Assembly: GCA_051882035.1 (NCBI GenBank)
Contig: JBJERA010000167.1
Span: 1 to 35,538, forward strand
Direction of reading: 5' to 3'
Length of the DNA stretch: 35,538 nucleotides
DNA from: Hominimerdicola sp.
GTDB taxonomy: Bacteria > Bacillota > Clostridia > Oscillospirales > Ruminococcaceae
Made by a program: the position numbers and the translations under genes. Position 1 is the stretch's first letter, and each line of letters begins with the position of its first letter. A model generated the notes under the pieces. That model saw nothing but the letters and a program-made list of their open reading frames with translations, searched no databases and had not been told where the DNA came from. Below are positions 15,560 to 25,470 of the stretch, in pieces.

Positions 15560-16762
15560 TTATTTATTTACTATTTTAAAGCCCTGCTGTTTAAGTTCAG
15601 AGCGGATTTGCTTAATATGCTCATAATTTCTTGTTTCAAGAACAATTCTCAGCAGACATTCGGTAATATCGCTGTCCTCGCTTGCTCTTTCGTGGTGAAT
15701 GGAAACAACATTTCCTCCCAAATCGGAAATAATTGCAGAAACACCTTTAAGCTGTCCCGGCTTATCTTCAAGCTGAATAGTAAGAGTATCGCTTCTGCCA
15801 GACTTCAAAAGACCTCTCTTGATAACTCTTGAAAGGATAGTTACATCAATATTTCCGCCCGAAACAAGACAAACAACCTTTTTGCCCTTAATATCAGGAA
15901 TTTTATTGAACATTACAGCCGCAACAGAAACTGCACCTGCACCCTCAGAAATAAGCTTCTGCTTTTCAATCAGGTGAAGAATAGCCGATGAAACCTCGTC
16001 GTCAGAAACAGTAACCATACCGTCAACATACTTACGACAATATTCAAAAGTATTCTCGCCAGGTTCTTTAACCTTAATGCCGTCCGCAATAGTATGTACA
16101 GAGTCAAGACACTCGATTTTTCCGTCTTCGATGGATTTAACCATTGAAGGAGCACCCTCAGCCTGAACACCATAAACTCTTACGCTTGGTTTAAGCTGTT
16201 TAACTGCAAAAGCAACGCCCGAAATAAGTCCGCCGCCGCCCACAGGAACAACGATTACATCTGTATCGGAAATTTCATTAAGAATTTCCAGTCCGATGGT
16301 TCCCTGACCTGCAATAACATTTTCATCGTCAAACGGGTGAATAAAGGTGTAGTTATGCTCCTCTTTCAGCTGGATAGCCTTTGCATAAGCGTCGTCATAA
16401 ACTCCCGGCACAAGACAAATTTCCGCACCATAACTTCTCGTAGCCTCAACCTTTGAAATAGGTGCCCCGTCAGGCAGACAGATTACAGACTTTATTCCAT
16501 TCTTAGCAGCCGCCAGAGCAACGCCCTGAGCATGATTGCCAGCCGAACAAGCAATTACTCCACTAGCCTTTTCCTCATCGGAAAGCTTTGAAATTTTATA
16601 ATACGCTCCTCTAACCTTGAAAGAACCCGTAACCTGCAAATTTTCAGTTTTAAGATAAGTCTGAGCCTCAGGATTAACCATAGGAGCAGGAATACAAGCG
16701 GTAGGTCTTATAACTTCTTTCAGCACCTTTGACGCATCAAAAATTTTGTCCAATGTAAGCAT
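15560..16762 (-). CDS. ilvA: Threonine ammonia-lyase (single-ACT, ~400 aa form)
   Basis: KTENLQVTGSFKVRGA PLP lysine, SAGNHAQG, VGGGGL, SGGN, C-terminal ACT (DKPGQL); Ile T-box leader. Confidence 0.92.
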   Translation of the reverse strand: MLTLDKIFDASKVLKEVIRPTACIPAPMVNPEAQTYLKTENLQVTGSFKVRGAYYKISKLSDEEKASGVIACSAGNHAQGVALAAAKNGIKSVICLPDGAPISKVEATRSYGAEICLVPGVYDDAYAKAIQLKEEHNYTFIHPFDDENVIAGQGTIGLEILNEISDTDVIVVPVGGGGLISGVAFAVKQLKPSVRVYGVQAEGAPSMVKSIEDGKIECLDSVHTIADGIKVKEPGENTFEYCRKYVDGMVTVSDDEVSSAILHLIEKQKLISEGAGAVSVAAVMFNKIPDIKGKKVVCLVSGGNIDVTILSRVIKRGLLKSGRSDTLTIQLEDKPGQLKGVSAIISDLGGNVVSIHHERASEDSDITECLLRIVLETRNYEHIKQIRSELKQQGFKIVNK

Positions 16763-16790
16763 AACTAAAACCTCTTTCTTATAATTGTCA

Positions 16791-17040
16791 AAAACAAAAA
16801 GCCTCCGCCCCGACAGAGGCGAAGACTGAAAATCTCCGTGTTACCACTCTAATTGCAAAACGCACAACCGAATTGCCACTCATACTTCTTTAACGGAAAG
16901 AACCCGTACCCGCTTAATCATAAATACTTTCGGCAGGTCAGCTCTGGGATGATATCAAATCTGTATTTTCTGTGGCTTTTCACCAACCGCCACTCTCTGC
17001 AAGAAACTGAACAAATTCTCCGTTCCCGTCACAGCCTTTA
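16791..17040 (-). promoter_or_regulatory. T-box riboswitch, Ile (AUC) specifier
   Basis: Minus strand: GA motif, GCAGAGAG, GGTGAAA, specifier ATC (16953-16951) followed by A and TCCC pairing with GGGA; T-box AGAGTGGTAACACGG (16850-16836); GC terminator plus U-run. Confidence 0.9.
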
Positions 17041-17054
17041 CATATTATATAAAC

Positions 17055-17083
17055 ATTATACCACCCCGAAAATAAATTGTCAA
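17055..17083 (-). promoter_or_regulatory. ilvA-ridA promoter
   Basis: Minus strand TTGACA-17-TATAAT with TGn. Confidence 0.85.
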
Positions 17084-17170
17084 TGGTTAAACTGTATTTT
17101 TTTATTGTACAAAATAAGCATAAATAAGTGTATGGAAATTTGTGCAAATATACAAAAATATAATATTGTA

Positions 17171-17201
17171 TTGACAAACAATATTATATGGCATATAATA
17201 T
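17171..17201 (+). promoter_or_regulatory. padR operon promoter with overlapping palindromic operator
   Basis: TTGACA-17-TATAAT; ATATTATATG-G-CATATAATAT (17181..17201) perfect 10-1-10 inverted repeat. Confidence 0.78.
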
Positions 17202-17280
17202 ATGCAAGGCTATAATATTATTGCAGAACAAAAGAAAAAAGATGACATCAAGGCAATATGCCTTAGAAAGGAGCGAAAAT

Positions 17281-17601
17281 ATGGGTTTTCCAATAAGTGC
17301 AGGACTGCTGGACTCAATGGTGTTAGCGGTTGTGCAGAAAGAAGACACCTACGGCTATGAAATCACTCAGTATATACGAAGTGCCGTAGACGTGTCCGAG
17401 TCAACTTTGTATCCCGTTCTCAGACGACTTCAAAAGAACGATTATCTCGAAACCTATGATAAGGAATACATGGGAAGAAACAGACGATACTACCATGTGA
17501 CCGCCAAGGGCAACGAGGCGCTTGACAACTACCGACAGGAATGGTGTGAGCATAAGCGTAAAGTTGACAGTATTTTGATGAATGAGGTGGAGAATAAATG
17601 A
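17281..17601 (+). CDS. PadR-family transcriptional regulator
   Basis: DTYGYEI, SESTLYPVLRRL, GRNRRYYHVT; AAAGGAG SD supports ATG 17281. Confidence 0.9.
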   Translation: MGFPISAGLLDSMVLAVVQKEDTYGYEITQYIRSAVDVSESTLYPVLRRLQKNDYLETYDKEYMGRNRRYYHVTAKGNEALDNYRQEWCEHKRKVDSILMNEVENK

Positions 17602-18251
17602 AAAGATTGGAGTATATGATGGAGCTTAGAAAGTATCTGTCAGAGGGCGGTTTGCCTGATGAAGAACTTGACGACGCTCTGAGATTTTATGAAGAAATAT
17701 TCCTTGACGCAGGTGTAGAAAAGGAAGAAGAAACTGCCCAAAATTTAGGCAGTCCAAAAGATTTGGCAAGACAGATTCTTATTGACAATAATATAAATGT
17801 TGACGGAAATCCCGAGTATTTTGTAGCCGAAAAGAACAATAATCACAAAAACTCTCAGCAGAATTTTTCAAATACTGCCGAGTATCATGAACAGCAGAAT
17901 GATAACAGCAGCACGCTGAAAAAATTGCTTATAATTGCTGTAACTTTTCCTATATGGCTGCCGATTGTATGTGCAGTGGGCGGTACAGCTTTCGGAGTTA
18001 TTGTTTCAATAATCGCTATTATATTTGCGCTTATAGTTACGGGAGTTATCTTTACCATTGCAGGAATTTCGGTTATTTTCAGCGTTCCGCCAGTGGGACT
18101 TACTATGTTTGGAATAGGACTCATTCTCACGGCAATTAACGGGCTTGTTGTTTTCCCGTTTATCAAATGGATTTGTAAGCTTGCGGTTAGATTTTTCAAC
18201 TGGATTGTCAGCGTTTTCCGCAGAATTTTTGGAGTAAGGAGCGTGGTTTAA
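17598..18251 (+). CDS. DUF1700/HAAS-domain membrane protein
   Basis: N-terminal YMMELRKYL..DALRFYEE..LGSPKDLA followed by a long hydrophobic region. Confidence 0.8.
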   Translation: MKRLEYMMELRKYLSEGGLPDEELDDALRFYEEIFLDAGVEKEEETAQNLGSPKDLARQILIDNNINVDGNPEYFVAEKNNNHKNSQQNFSNTAEYHEQQNDNSSTLKKLLIIAVTFPIWLPIVCAVGGTAFGVIVSIIAIIFALIVTGVIFTIAGISVIFSVPPVGLTMFGIGLILTAINGLVVFPFIKWICKLAVRFFNWIVSVFRRIFGVRSVV

Positions 18252-19100
18252 ATGGAAAATCAAATTCAAGAACAAGTTAAACCTCGCAGAAGAATTAGTT
18301 TATGGATTTTTCTTACAATGCTTATAGTAGGAATAATTCTTACTGTTATCGGAGGCTATTGGCTATATTCTACCGGTATGAGCATAAAATATAACGTAGA
18401 ATCCTTTGACAAAGAATTTGACGGTTCGGAGATTACTCGTCTTGATTTGGATCTAGGAGTAGGTCAAATTTACATTAAGCCGTCACCTGACGAGAAAATT
18501 TATGTAAAAGCTGAAAACGTTCCTGGAAATTATTACACCTTTTCAACATCCGGAAATGAGTTCAAGTCAACCTGTGATGAAATTTACTGGAAAAATTTCA
18601 TAAACATAGGATTAATAAATACCTATGATGAAGATTCCGGTCTGACAATTCTTCTACCTGAAAAACTATATGAAAATGTAATTATAGATTCGGGTGTGGG
18701 AGAGCTTTATATTAGCGGTTTAAGCTGTAAAAATGCGGATATTAATCAGGGAGTCGGTGAATGTGACTACGATAATTTCACAGTTACCGAAAGAATTGAC
18801 TTTGACTGCGGAGTAGGAGAAACAGATATCATCAACAGTTCTTTTGCAAAAGCTAAGGTTGATTGCGGTGTAGGCGAATTTAAATTCAGCGGAAAACTTT
18901 TGGGTGACATTGACGCTGACTGCGGAGTAGGCGAAGTAAGATTTGACATTGACGGTTACTATGATGACTACGAAATCAGCAACGACGATGATTTTAAATT
19001 AGATATTGACAAAGGTTCTAACCATTCTCAATCAAGCGGAACAAAGTATAAAATTAACATTGATTCAGGAGTCGGTGAGGCAAAATTAAGCTTTAAGTAG
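18252..19100 (+). CDS. DUF4097-like membrane-anchored beta-strand-repeat protein
   Basis: N-terminal TM; seven x-x-GVG[EQ] repeats; typical partner of PadR/DUF1700. Confidence 0.75.
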   Translation: MENQIQEQVKPRRRISLWIFLTMLIVGIILTVIGGYWLYSTGMSIKYNVESFDKEFDGSEITRLDLDLGVGQIYIKPSPDEKIYVKAENVPGNYYTFSTSGNEFKSTCDEIYWKNFINIGLINTYDEDSGLTILLPEKLYENVIIDSGVGELYISGLSCKNADINQGVGECDYDNFTVTERIDFDCGVGETDIINSSFAKAKVDCGVGEFKFSGKLLGDIDADCGVGEVRFDIDGYYDDYEISNDDDFKLDIDKGSNHSQSSGTKYKINIDSGVGEAKLSFK

Positions 19101-19114
19101 AAAGGAAGATTACT

Positions 19115-19294
19115 ATGCATAAGACATTATACAGAATAAGAAACGGAAGAATAATCTGCGGAGTCTGCGGAGGAATAGGCGAATATTTTGATATTGACTA
19201 TAATTTAGTAAGGCTTATAGCCGTTCTGCTTGGATGTACAGGCACAGGAGTTATTGCATATATCATTGCGGCAATTATTCTTCCGGAGCATTAA
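19115..19294 (+). CDS. pspC: PspC-domain protein (59 aa; not in ORF track)
   Basis: MHKTLYRIRNGRIICGVCGGIGEYFDIDYNLVRL...YIIAAIILPEH*; LYR, GVCGG..EYF, VR and Y..A...P PspC pattern; AAAGGA SD. Confidence 0.88.
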   Translation: MHKTLYRIRNGRIICGVCGGIGEYFDIDYNLVRLIAVLLGCTGTGVIAYIIAAIILPEH

Positions 19295-19304
19295 TAACTT
19301 AATC

Positions 19305-19328
19305 GTAGGGGCGGTCTTTGACCGCCCG
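19305..19328 (+). repeat. GTAG-type REP
   Basis: GTAGGGGCGGTCTTTGACCGCCCG; identical inverted copy at 30919..30942. Confidence 0.85.
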
Positions 19329-19372
19329 TTAATTTTGGGCTTATCAGCCCTTTCATTATGAATTCTAGCAAC

Positions 19373-19403
19373 AAAAAAGCAGACTGCATAAACAGTCTGC
19401 TTT
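19373..19403. terminator. Terminator of gap (probably bidirectional)
   Basis: AAAAAAGCAGACTG-cataaa-CAGTCTGCTTT. Confidence 0.85.
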
Positions 19404-19422
19404 AATTTGTATGATTTAATAA

Positions 19423-20460
19423 TTAAGCAAGTTCAGCAAAGTACTTGATTGTTCTTACCATCTGAGATGTGTAAGAATTCTCGTTATCATACCAAGAAAC
19501 TACCTGTACCTCATAGAGGTCGTCAGCAATCTTAGAAACCATTGTCTGTGTAGCATCAAAGAGTGAACCGTACTTCATGCCGATTACGTCAGAAGAAACG
19601 ATCTGATCCTCGTTGTAACCGAAAGACTCAGAAGAAGCAGCCTTCATTGCAGCATTGATGCCTTCAACTGTAACATCAGAACCCTTAACAACAGCTGTAA
19701 GAATTGTTGTTGAACCTGTTGTAACAGGAACTCTCTGTGCAGAACCGATGAGCTTGCCGTTAAGCTCAGGAATTACAAGACCAATAGCCTTAGCAGCACC
19801 TGTTGAGTTAGGAACGATATTAGCAGCACCAGCTCTTGCTCTTCTGAGGTCGCCCTTTCTGTGAGGACCGTCAAGAATCATCTGGTCGCCTGTATAAGCG
19901 TGGATTGTGCTCATAATACCGCTCTGGATTGGAGCGTACTTGTTAAGAGCGTTAGCCATAGGAGCGAGGCAGTTAGTTGTGCAAGATGCAGCAGAAATAA
20001 TCTGGTCGTCCTTAGTAAGAGTCTTCTCATTTACAGAGAATACGATTGTTTTAAGGTCATTACCAGCAGGAGCAGAAATAACAACCTTCTTAGCACCAGC
20101 GTCGATGTGAGCCTGTGACTTGTCCTTTGAGCAGTAGAAACCAGTACACTCAAGAACTACGTCAACACCGATTTCGCCCCAAGGAAGCTCAGCAGCATTA
20201 GCCTTAGCGTAAATTTTAAGAGTCTTTCCATCTACTGTAATTGTACCAGCCTCGTCATCAGCCTCAACTGTGTGAAGATTTTCACCAATCTTACCGCAGT
20301 AACCGCCCTGAGCTGTATCATACTTAAGAAGCTGAGCAAGCATGGAAGGCTTAGTAAGATCGTTGATAGCAACTACGTCATAACCCTCAGCACCAAACAT
20401 CTGTCTGAATGCAAGACGGCCAATACGTCCAAAACCATTAATAGCAACTTTAACTGACAT
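19423..20460 (-). CDS. gap: Type I glyceraldehyde-3-phosphate dehydrogenase
   Basis: [31 protein letters not shown]. Confidence 0.98.
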   Translation of the reverse strand: MSVKVAINGFGRIGRLAFRQMFGAEGYDVVAINDLTKPSMLAQLLKYDTAQGGYCGKIGENLHTVEADDEAGTITVDGKTLKIYAKANAAELPWGEIGVDVVLECTGFYCSKDKSQAHIDAGAKKVVISAPAGNDLKTIVFSVNEKTLTKDDQIISAASCTTNCLAPMANALNKYAPIQSGIMSTIHAYTGDQMILDGPHRKGDLRRARAGAANIVPNSTGAAKAIGLVIPELNGKLIGSAQRVPVTTGSTTILTAVVKGSDVTVEGINAAMKAASSESFGYNEDQIVSSDVIGMKYGSLFDATQTMVSKIADDLYEVQVVSWYDNENSYTSQMVRTIKYFAELA

Positions 20461-20492
20461 AAAAGTTTACCTCCTAAAAAATTTCTTATATT

Positions 20493-20521
20493 ATTATACT
20501 ACATTTTAATTCACATTGCAA
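20493..20521 (-). promoter_or_regulatory. gap promoter
   Basis: Minus strand TTGCAA-17-TATAAT. Confidence 0.7.
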
Positions 20522-20792
20522 GTCTTTTTCCAAAAATCTTAGAATTTTTTTTGAAAACCATGCAATATTGCTTGATTTTATTCACAACCACAAGTATAAT
20601 TATAATAGTATGTATAACAAAGGCAATATTATGTATGAAATGACAACACACATATAAAAACTTCGGCTTATTATCTAACTTATATGAACTGAATGTGATA
20701 TTTTTTATTACACATCAAAATATTTATTGGTATAATTCGACAAAAGGCAGGATAAAAACTATTTGTTATTTGTAAAAAGGGTAAAATCACAC

Positions 20793-20829
20793 AATTCCTA
20801 TTGACTTTATATGAAATTAGTGCTATTAT
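20793..20829 (+). promoter_or_regulatory. cysK promoter with CymR/Rrf2-like box
   Basis: TTGACT-17-TATTAT with TGn; AATTCCTATTGACTTTATATGAAATT imperfect palindrome over the -35 resembles CymR sites. Confidence 0.6.
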
Positions 20830-20912
20830 AATTACAGAAGAAAATATTATAGACAACATTATATAGAAATTATACAGGTTGTCAGCTTAAATTTTGAAAG
20901 GATTGATTTGTT

Positions 20913-21842
20913 ATGTCGAATATTTACAAAAGCGTATCGGAACTTATCGGAAAAACTCCTTTGCTTGAAGCGTCCAGATTTGCCAAAGCAACAGACTCAG
21001 GCGCTACCATTCTTGCAAAGCTTGAATATTTCAATCCTGCGGGAAGCGTTAAGGACAGAATTGCTCTTGCAATGATTGAGGACGCTGAAAAGAAAGGCGT
21101 TCTTAAAGCAGGCGCAACAATTATCGAACCAACTTCGGGAAATACGGGAATAGGTCTTGCAGCTGTGGGAATTTCCAAGGGATATAAGGTAATTCTCACC
21201 ATGCCTGAAACCATGAGCATTGAAAGAAGAAATCTTCTTAAAGCCTATGGTGCTGAAATAGTGCTTACCGACGGTTCAAAGGGCATGACAGGAGCTATCG
21301 CAAAGGCTAATGAGCTTAAAGAAGAAATCGAGGGTTCTGTTATTCTCGGACAGTTTGTGAACAGCGCTAACCCTGCCACGCATATTGCCTCAACAGGTCC
21401 TGAAATCTGGGATGATACCGACGGAAAAGTTGATATTTTCGTAGCAGGAGTCGGCACCGGCGGTACTGTAACGGGAGTTGGACAATATCTGAAATCAAAG
21501 AATCCTGATGTTAAGGTTGTTGCCGTAGAGCCTGCAAGCTCTCCTGTTCTTTCTCAGGGCAAGTCGGGAGCACATAAAATTCAGGGTATCGGCGCAGGAT
21601 TTGTTCCTGACGTTCTTGATACTTCCGTTTATGACGAGGTTTTTCCGGTAGAGAATACCGACGCATTCAGCTATGGAAACAAGTTTGCTAAAACTGAGGG
21701 TATTCTTGTGGGAATCTCTTCGGGTGCGGCTTTGTATGCTGCATCGGAGCTGTCCAAGCGTCCTGAAAACAAAGGCAAAGTTATTGTGGCTTTACTTCCT
21801 GACACTGGTGAAAGATATCTTTCAACTGCACTTTTTGATTAA
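20913..21842 (+). CDS. cysK: Cysteine synthase A
   Basis: NPAGSVKDR, EPTSGNTG, GVGTGGT, HKIQGIG, ERYLST. Confidence 0.97.
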   Translation: MSNIYKSVSELIGKTPLLEASRFAKATDSGATILAKLEYFNPAGSVKDRIALAMIEDAEKKGVLKAGATIIEPTSGNTGIGLAAVGISKGYKVILTMPETMSIERRNLLKAYGAEIVLTDGSKGMTGAIAKANELKEEIEGSVILGQFVNSANPATHIASTGPEIWDDTDGKVDIFVAGVGTGGTVTGVGQYLKSKNPDVKVVAVEPASSPVLSQGKSGAHKIQGIGAGFVPDVLDTSVYDEVFPVENTDAFSYGNKFAKTEGILVGISSGAALYAASELSKRPENKGKVIVALLPDTGERYLSTALFD

Positions 21843-21875
21843 GCATAGATACCACAAAATTACATTTTTTAAATT

Positions 21876-21911
21876 GGCGGACGGTCAGCAATGGCTATCC
21901 GCCTTATTTTT
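21876..21911 (+). terminator. cysK terminator
   Basis: GGCGGA..TCCGCC stem followed by T-rich tail. Confidence 0.65.
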
Positions 21912-22121
21912 AATTGTCATCTTTAATTTGTTAAATACTTGATGTTTGATTAAAATATTATACAGACAAAAGTTAACATATATTTTCATTTTACTCTCAC
22001 ATAAGGTTAAGTTATAATTAAAGTTAATCTATTATACTTATAAGCACGGAGATAATAAAGGCTTTACTTTAAAATTACATAGCCTATATATTTCAATTAC
22101 TTTATAAGGAGTGAATTATAA

Positions 22122-22847
22122 ATGAGCGATGTTCAGGAAATTTTCAAGCGTGTTGAAAAGAAGTACATTGTTGATGAAGACACTTACCTATTATTAATGG
22201 GCAGACTTGACGAACTTGTGGTAAAAGATAGATTCCATAAATCATCTATATGCAATATTTATTATGATACGCCAACAAGCCTGCTTATAAGAAATTCCAT
22301 CGAAAAGCCATGCTATAAGGAAAAGCTGAGACTGAGAAGCTACGGCGTTCCAGACATGGACGACAATGTATTTCTTGAACTGAAAAAGAAATACAAGGGA
22401 ATTGTTTACAAACGACGAGTTGACATGACTCTTGCTCAGGCAAAGGATTTTCTTGAAAAACGTATTCCCGTCGGAAAAAATCCTCAGATTGAAAATGAGA
22501 TTTTCTATTTTCTTGATTTCTATAAAGAGATTATTCCTGCAATGTATCTCAGTTATGACCGACTTGCTTATGTGGGAGCTGAGGATTCTAATTTGAGAAT
22601 TACTTTTGATACCAACATAACCTATCGTACTGAAAGTATTTATCTTGAAAAAGGAATATGGGGGAAGAAATTGACTGATTCGGGTACTCGAGTTATGGAA
22701 ATTAAAATTCCGGGAGCAATGCCTTTGTGGCTGAGCAAAATACTTGACGATTTAAAAATCTATCCATCCTCAATGTCAAAGTACGGAACGGCTTATGAAA
22801 CTGAATTAAACCAAAAATTAAAAGGAAAGGTGATCGATTGTGCTTAA
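22122..22847 (+). CDS. VTC-domain (CYTH/TTM fold, polyphosphate polymerase-like) protein
   Basis: RVEKKY, NIYYDT, KEKLRLRSY, FLELKKK, YKRR, YDR, LRITFD, MEIK, SKY pattern of bacterial VTC proteins. Confidence 0.88.
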   Translation: MSDVQEIFKRVEKKYIVDEDTYLLLMGRLDELVVKDRFHKSSICNIYYDTPTSLLIRNSIEKPCYKEKLRLRSYGVPDMDDNVFLELKKKYKGIVYKRRVDMTLAQAKDFLEKRIPVGKNPQIENEIFYFLDFYKEIIPAMYLSYDRLAYVGAEDSNLRITFDTNITYRTESIYLEKGIWGKKLTDSGTRVMEIKIPGAMPLWLSKILDDLKIYPSSMSKYGTAYETELNQKLKGKVIDCA

Positions 22848-23517
22848 CAATGATACTGCTGCAACAATAACAACCGGAAGATTTTTCCTTTGTACGGTTG
22901 TGGCTTTACTGCTTGGAGCGGTAATTGCTATTACTTTCGGATATAAAAGCAACAAATCAAAGGGATTTTTAATGACTTTGGGCGTTATGCCTTGTATAGT
23001 TGAAATAATTATTATGCTTGTTAACGGAAATCTCGGAACGGGCGTTGCCGCAATGGGTGCGTTCAGCCTTGTTCGTTTCCGTTCTGTACCGGGAAATGCA
23101 AAAGACATTTGCGGAATTTTCCTTTCAATGGCAATAGGTCTTGCACTAGGAACAAATCACATACTTTTGGCAATTATATTTACTTTGATCATATGTGCTA
23201 TTGTTATTGTTTCCGGACTTGATTTTTTCAAATTTATCAAACTTAATGAAGATACAGAAAAAGAGCTTACAATAGTTATTCCTGAAAGCCTTGATTATAC
23301 GGAAGTTTTTAATGACATTATGAATAAATATACTTTTTCGTGGGAGCTGGTTCAGGTTAAGACCACAAATATGGGAAGTCTTTTCAAGCTGAAATACTAT
23401 ATTACGCTGAAAGACGCTTACTGTGAAAAAAGATTCATTGACGAATTACGCTGCAGAAACGGAAATCTTGAAATTATCTGCGGAAGAAAAATGATGGATT
23501 CTTTGGAGCAGCTTTAA
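22840..23517 (+). CDS. DUF4956-family membrane protein
   Basis: VNGNLGTGVAAMGAFSLVRFRS..GNAKDI, TM region plus soluble C-terminal domain ending DELRCRNGNLEI; overlaps VTC gene. Confidence 0.85.
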   Translation: MLNNDTAATITTGRFFLCTVVALLLGAVIAITFGYKSNKSKGFLMTLGVMPCIVEIIIMLVNGNLGTGVAAMGAFSLVRFRSVPGNAKDICGIFLSMAIGLALGTNHILLAIIFTLIICAIVIVSGLDFFKFIKLNEDTEKELTIVIPESLDYTEVFNDIMNKYTFSWELVQVKTTNMGSLFKLKYYITLKDAYCEKRFIDELRCRNGNLEIICGRKMMDSLEQL

Positions 23518-23533
23518 TAAGGAGGTTATAGAT

Positions 23534-25429
23534 ATAAACAGATACAATTTGAAAGGGGCTCTGGCGTTTAGCTTTGCAGTATTGCTATGCTGTTCTGCAA
23601 CAGCTTGCTCAAAGAATGACAATTCTTCTTTAAGCATATCTGATACATCGTCGGTGGCAATAGATAACGACATTTCTGCCGACGATTTGGACGTTGGTTA
23701 CAGCGAGACCGACTCCTGCAAAATTACCCTTAACGGAACAAGCGCTGAAATCGACGGCGAGGGTGCTGCCGTTAACAGCGGAATTATTACAATTTCAACA
23801 GCAGGAACTTATATACTTTCAGGCTCTTTGAGCGATGGAAGAATAGTCGTTTCAGCTGACAAAGAGTCTGAAATCAAGCTGGTTCTCAACGGCGTAAATA
23901 TTTCCTGCTCAAACCATGCACCGATTTTTATTGAAAAAGCTAAAAAGGTTTATGTTACTCTTGAAGACGGTACAGAAAACACTCTTACTGACGGAAAGGA
24001 ATATTCATTAGGTGAAAGCGACGCAACTGTTGACGGAGCAGTTTTCTCAAAAGCTGATTTGACATTCAATGGTTCGGGAACGCTTAATGTTACCTCAAAT
24101 TACAAGCACGCAATCGTATGCAAAGACAGTCTTGTGATTACTGACGGAAATTATAAAATTACCTCTGCCTCATCTGGAATTGTAGGTAAGGACTGCGTAA
24201 AAATTTTAGGCGGAACATTTGATATCTCCGCAGGCACAAACGGAATTAAGGCAACTAATGCCGAAGAAACCGATAAAGGCTATATAAGCATTACCGGCGG
24301 AACTTTCACGCTTAATTCCAGCGGTGACGGTTTGCAGGCTGAAACTGTTCTCTCGATAGAAAGCGGAACATTAAACCTTACCACAGGCGGAGGAAGCGCA
24401 AACGCGTCAATGAATTCTGACGGAATGCCTAACGAGGACTGGCAGAACAATATGCAGCATGGCGGTCCGATGGGGCAAGACGGAAATATGCCTGACCGTC
24501 AGATGCTAACAGACGATATGACAGAAAATGCCGCTAACATGGGTGTAGTTGAACAAACTGCAAATGAAACAGCCGAAGACAGTACTTCAACCTCTGCAAA
24601 GGCTTTAAAAGCAGGAACGGCTATTAATATCAGCGGTGGAGAAATTAACATTGATTCTGCCGATGATTGTATTCACAGCAACGGAACGATTAATATTACA
24701 GGAGGCACAATTAATGCCTCATCAGGTGACGACGGCATTCACGCTGCTTCAGACCTTGTAATTGACGACGGCGAAATTACTATTGCTAAAAGCTACGAGG
24801 GCATTGAAGGTATGACTACCACAATCAACGGAGGTACAATTAACGTTACTTCGGCTGATGATGGAATTAACTGTGCAGGCGGAAGCGACACAGGAAATAC
24901 CGGCAGACAGGGCATGGATATGTTTGCCGCTGAGGAGGGTGTTTTCCTGAAAATCACTGGCGGAACAATTACCATTGCCGCTGACGGTGACGGTCTTGAT
25001 TCAAACGGTGATTTGTATGTCGAGGGCGGAACGACTTATGTTTACGGCCCGACCAACAGCGGAAACGGCGCTCTTGACTACAACGGTACTGCAACAATTT
25101 CAGGCGGAACGCTTGCAGCATTCGGTTCATCAGGAATGGCCGAGGGATTTGGAACTGATTCGGCTCAGTATAGTTTCCTGCACAATCTTTCAAGTTCAGT
25201 TCAGGGCGGAACTGAGGTTACTATTACCGACGCTGACGGAAATGAACTTCTTAAATGCACTCCAACAAAGCAGTGGCAAAGTGTAGTATTCAGTTGTGCT
25301 GAACTTGCCGACGGTGCAACCTACACTATCACCGCTGACAATGTTTCCGAAAGTGTAACTCTTTCGGGAATTTCAACCTCCAACGGTCAAGGAGGTATGA
25401 TGGGCGGAGGCGGAATGGGCAGACGCTAA
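23534..25429 (+). CDS. Cthe_2159-like (DUF4353) beta-helix lipoprotein
   Basis: Lipobox ATAC; GTYILSG, LVLNGV, NTLTD, repeated ITGGT and DDGI/DGLDSNG; start placed at ATA 23534 on SD spacing (track uses TTG 23549). Confidence 0.82.
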   Translation: MNRYNLKGALAFSFAVLLCCSATACSKNDNSSLSISDTSSVAIDNDISADDLDVGYSETDSCKITLNGTSAEIDGEGAAVNSGIITISTAGTYILSGSLSDGRIVVSADKESEIKLVLNGVNISCSNHAPIFIEKAKKVYVTLEDGTENTLTDGKEYSLGESDATVDGAVFSKADLTFNGSGTLNVTSNYKHAIVCKDSLVITDGNYKITSASSGIVGKDCVKILGGTFDISAGTNGIKATNAEETDKGYISITGGTFTLNSSGDGLQAETVLSIESGTLNLTTGGGSANASMNSDGMPNEDWQNNMQHGGPMGQDGNMPDRQMLTDDMTENAANMGVVEQTANETAEDSTSTSAKALKAGTAINISGGEINIDSADDCIHSNGTINITGGTINASSGDDGIHAASDLVIDDGEITIAKSYEGIEGMTTTINGGTINVTSADDGINCAGGSDTGNTGRQGMDMFAAEEGVFLKITGGTITIAADGDGLDSNGDLYVEGGTTYVYGPTNSGNGALDYNGTATISGGTLAAFGSSGMAEGFGTDSAQYSFLHNLSSSVQGGTEVTITDADGNELLKCTPTKQWQSVVFSCAELADGATYTITADNVSESVTLSGISTSNGQGGMMGGGGMGRR

Positions 25430-25470
25430 GTCTTCTCGCAGTTGCTTTATAAACCAAATCAGATATCATG

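Noticed and set aside
16853-17215. ORFs of 120 aa (+) and 65 aa (-)
   Set aside because: Overlap the T-box leader and divergent promoters; no protein-like features.
21973-22030. Possible Pho-box-like TTAACA repeats upstream of the VTC operon
   Set aside because: Only one good hexamer and irregular spacing in AT-rich DNA.
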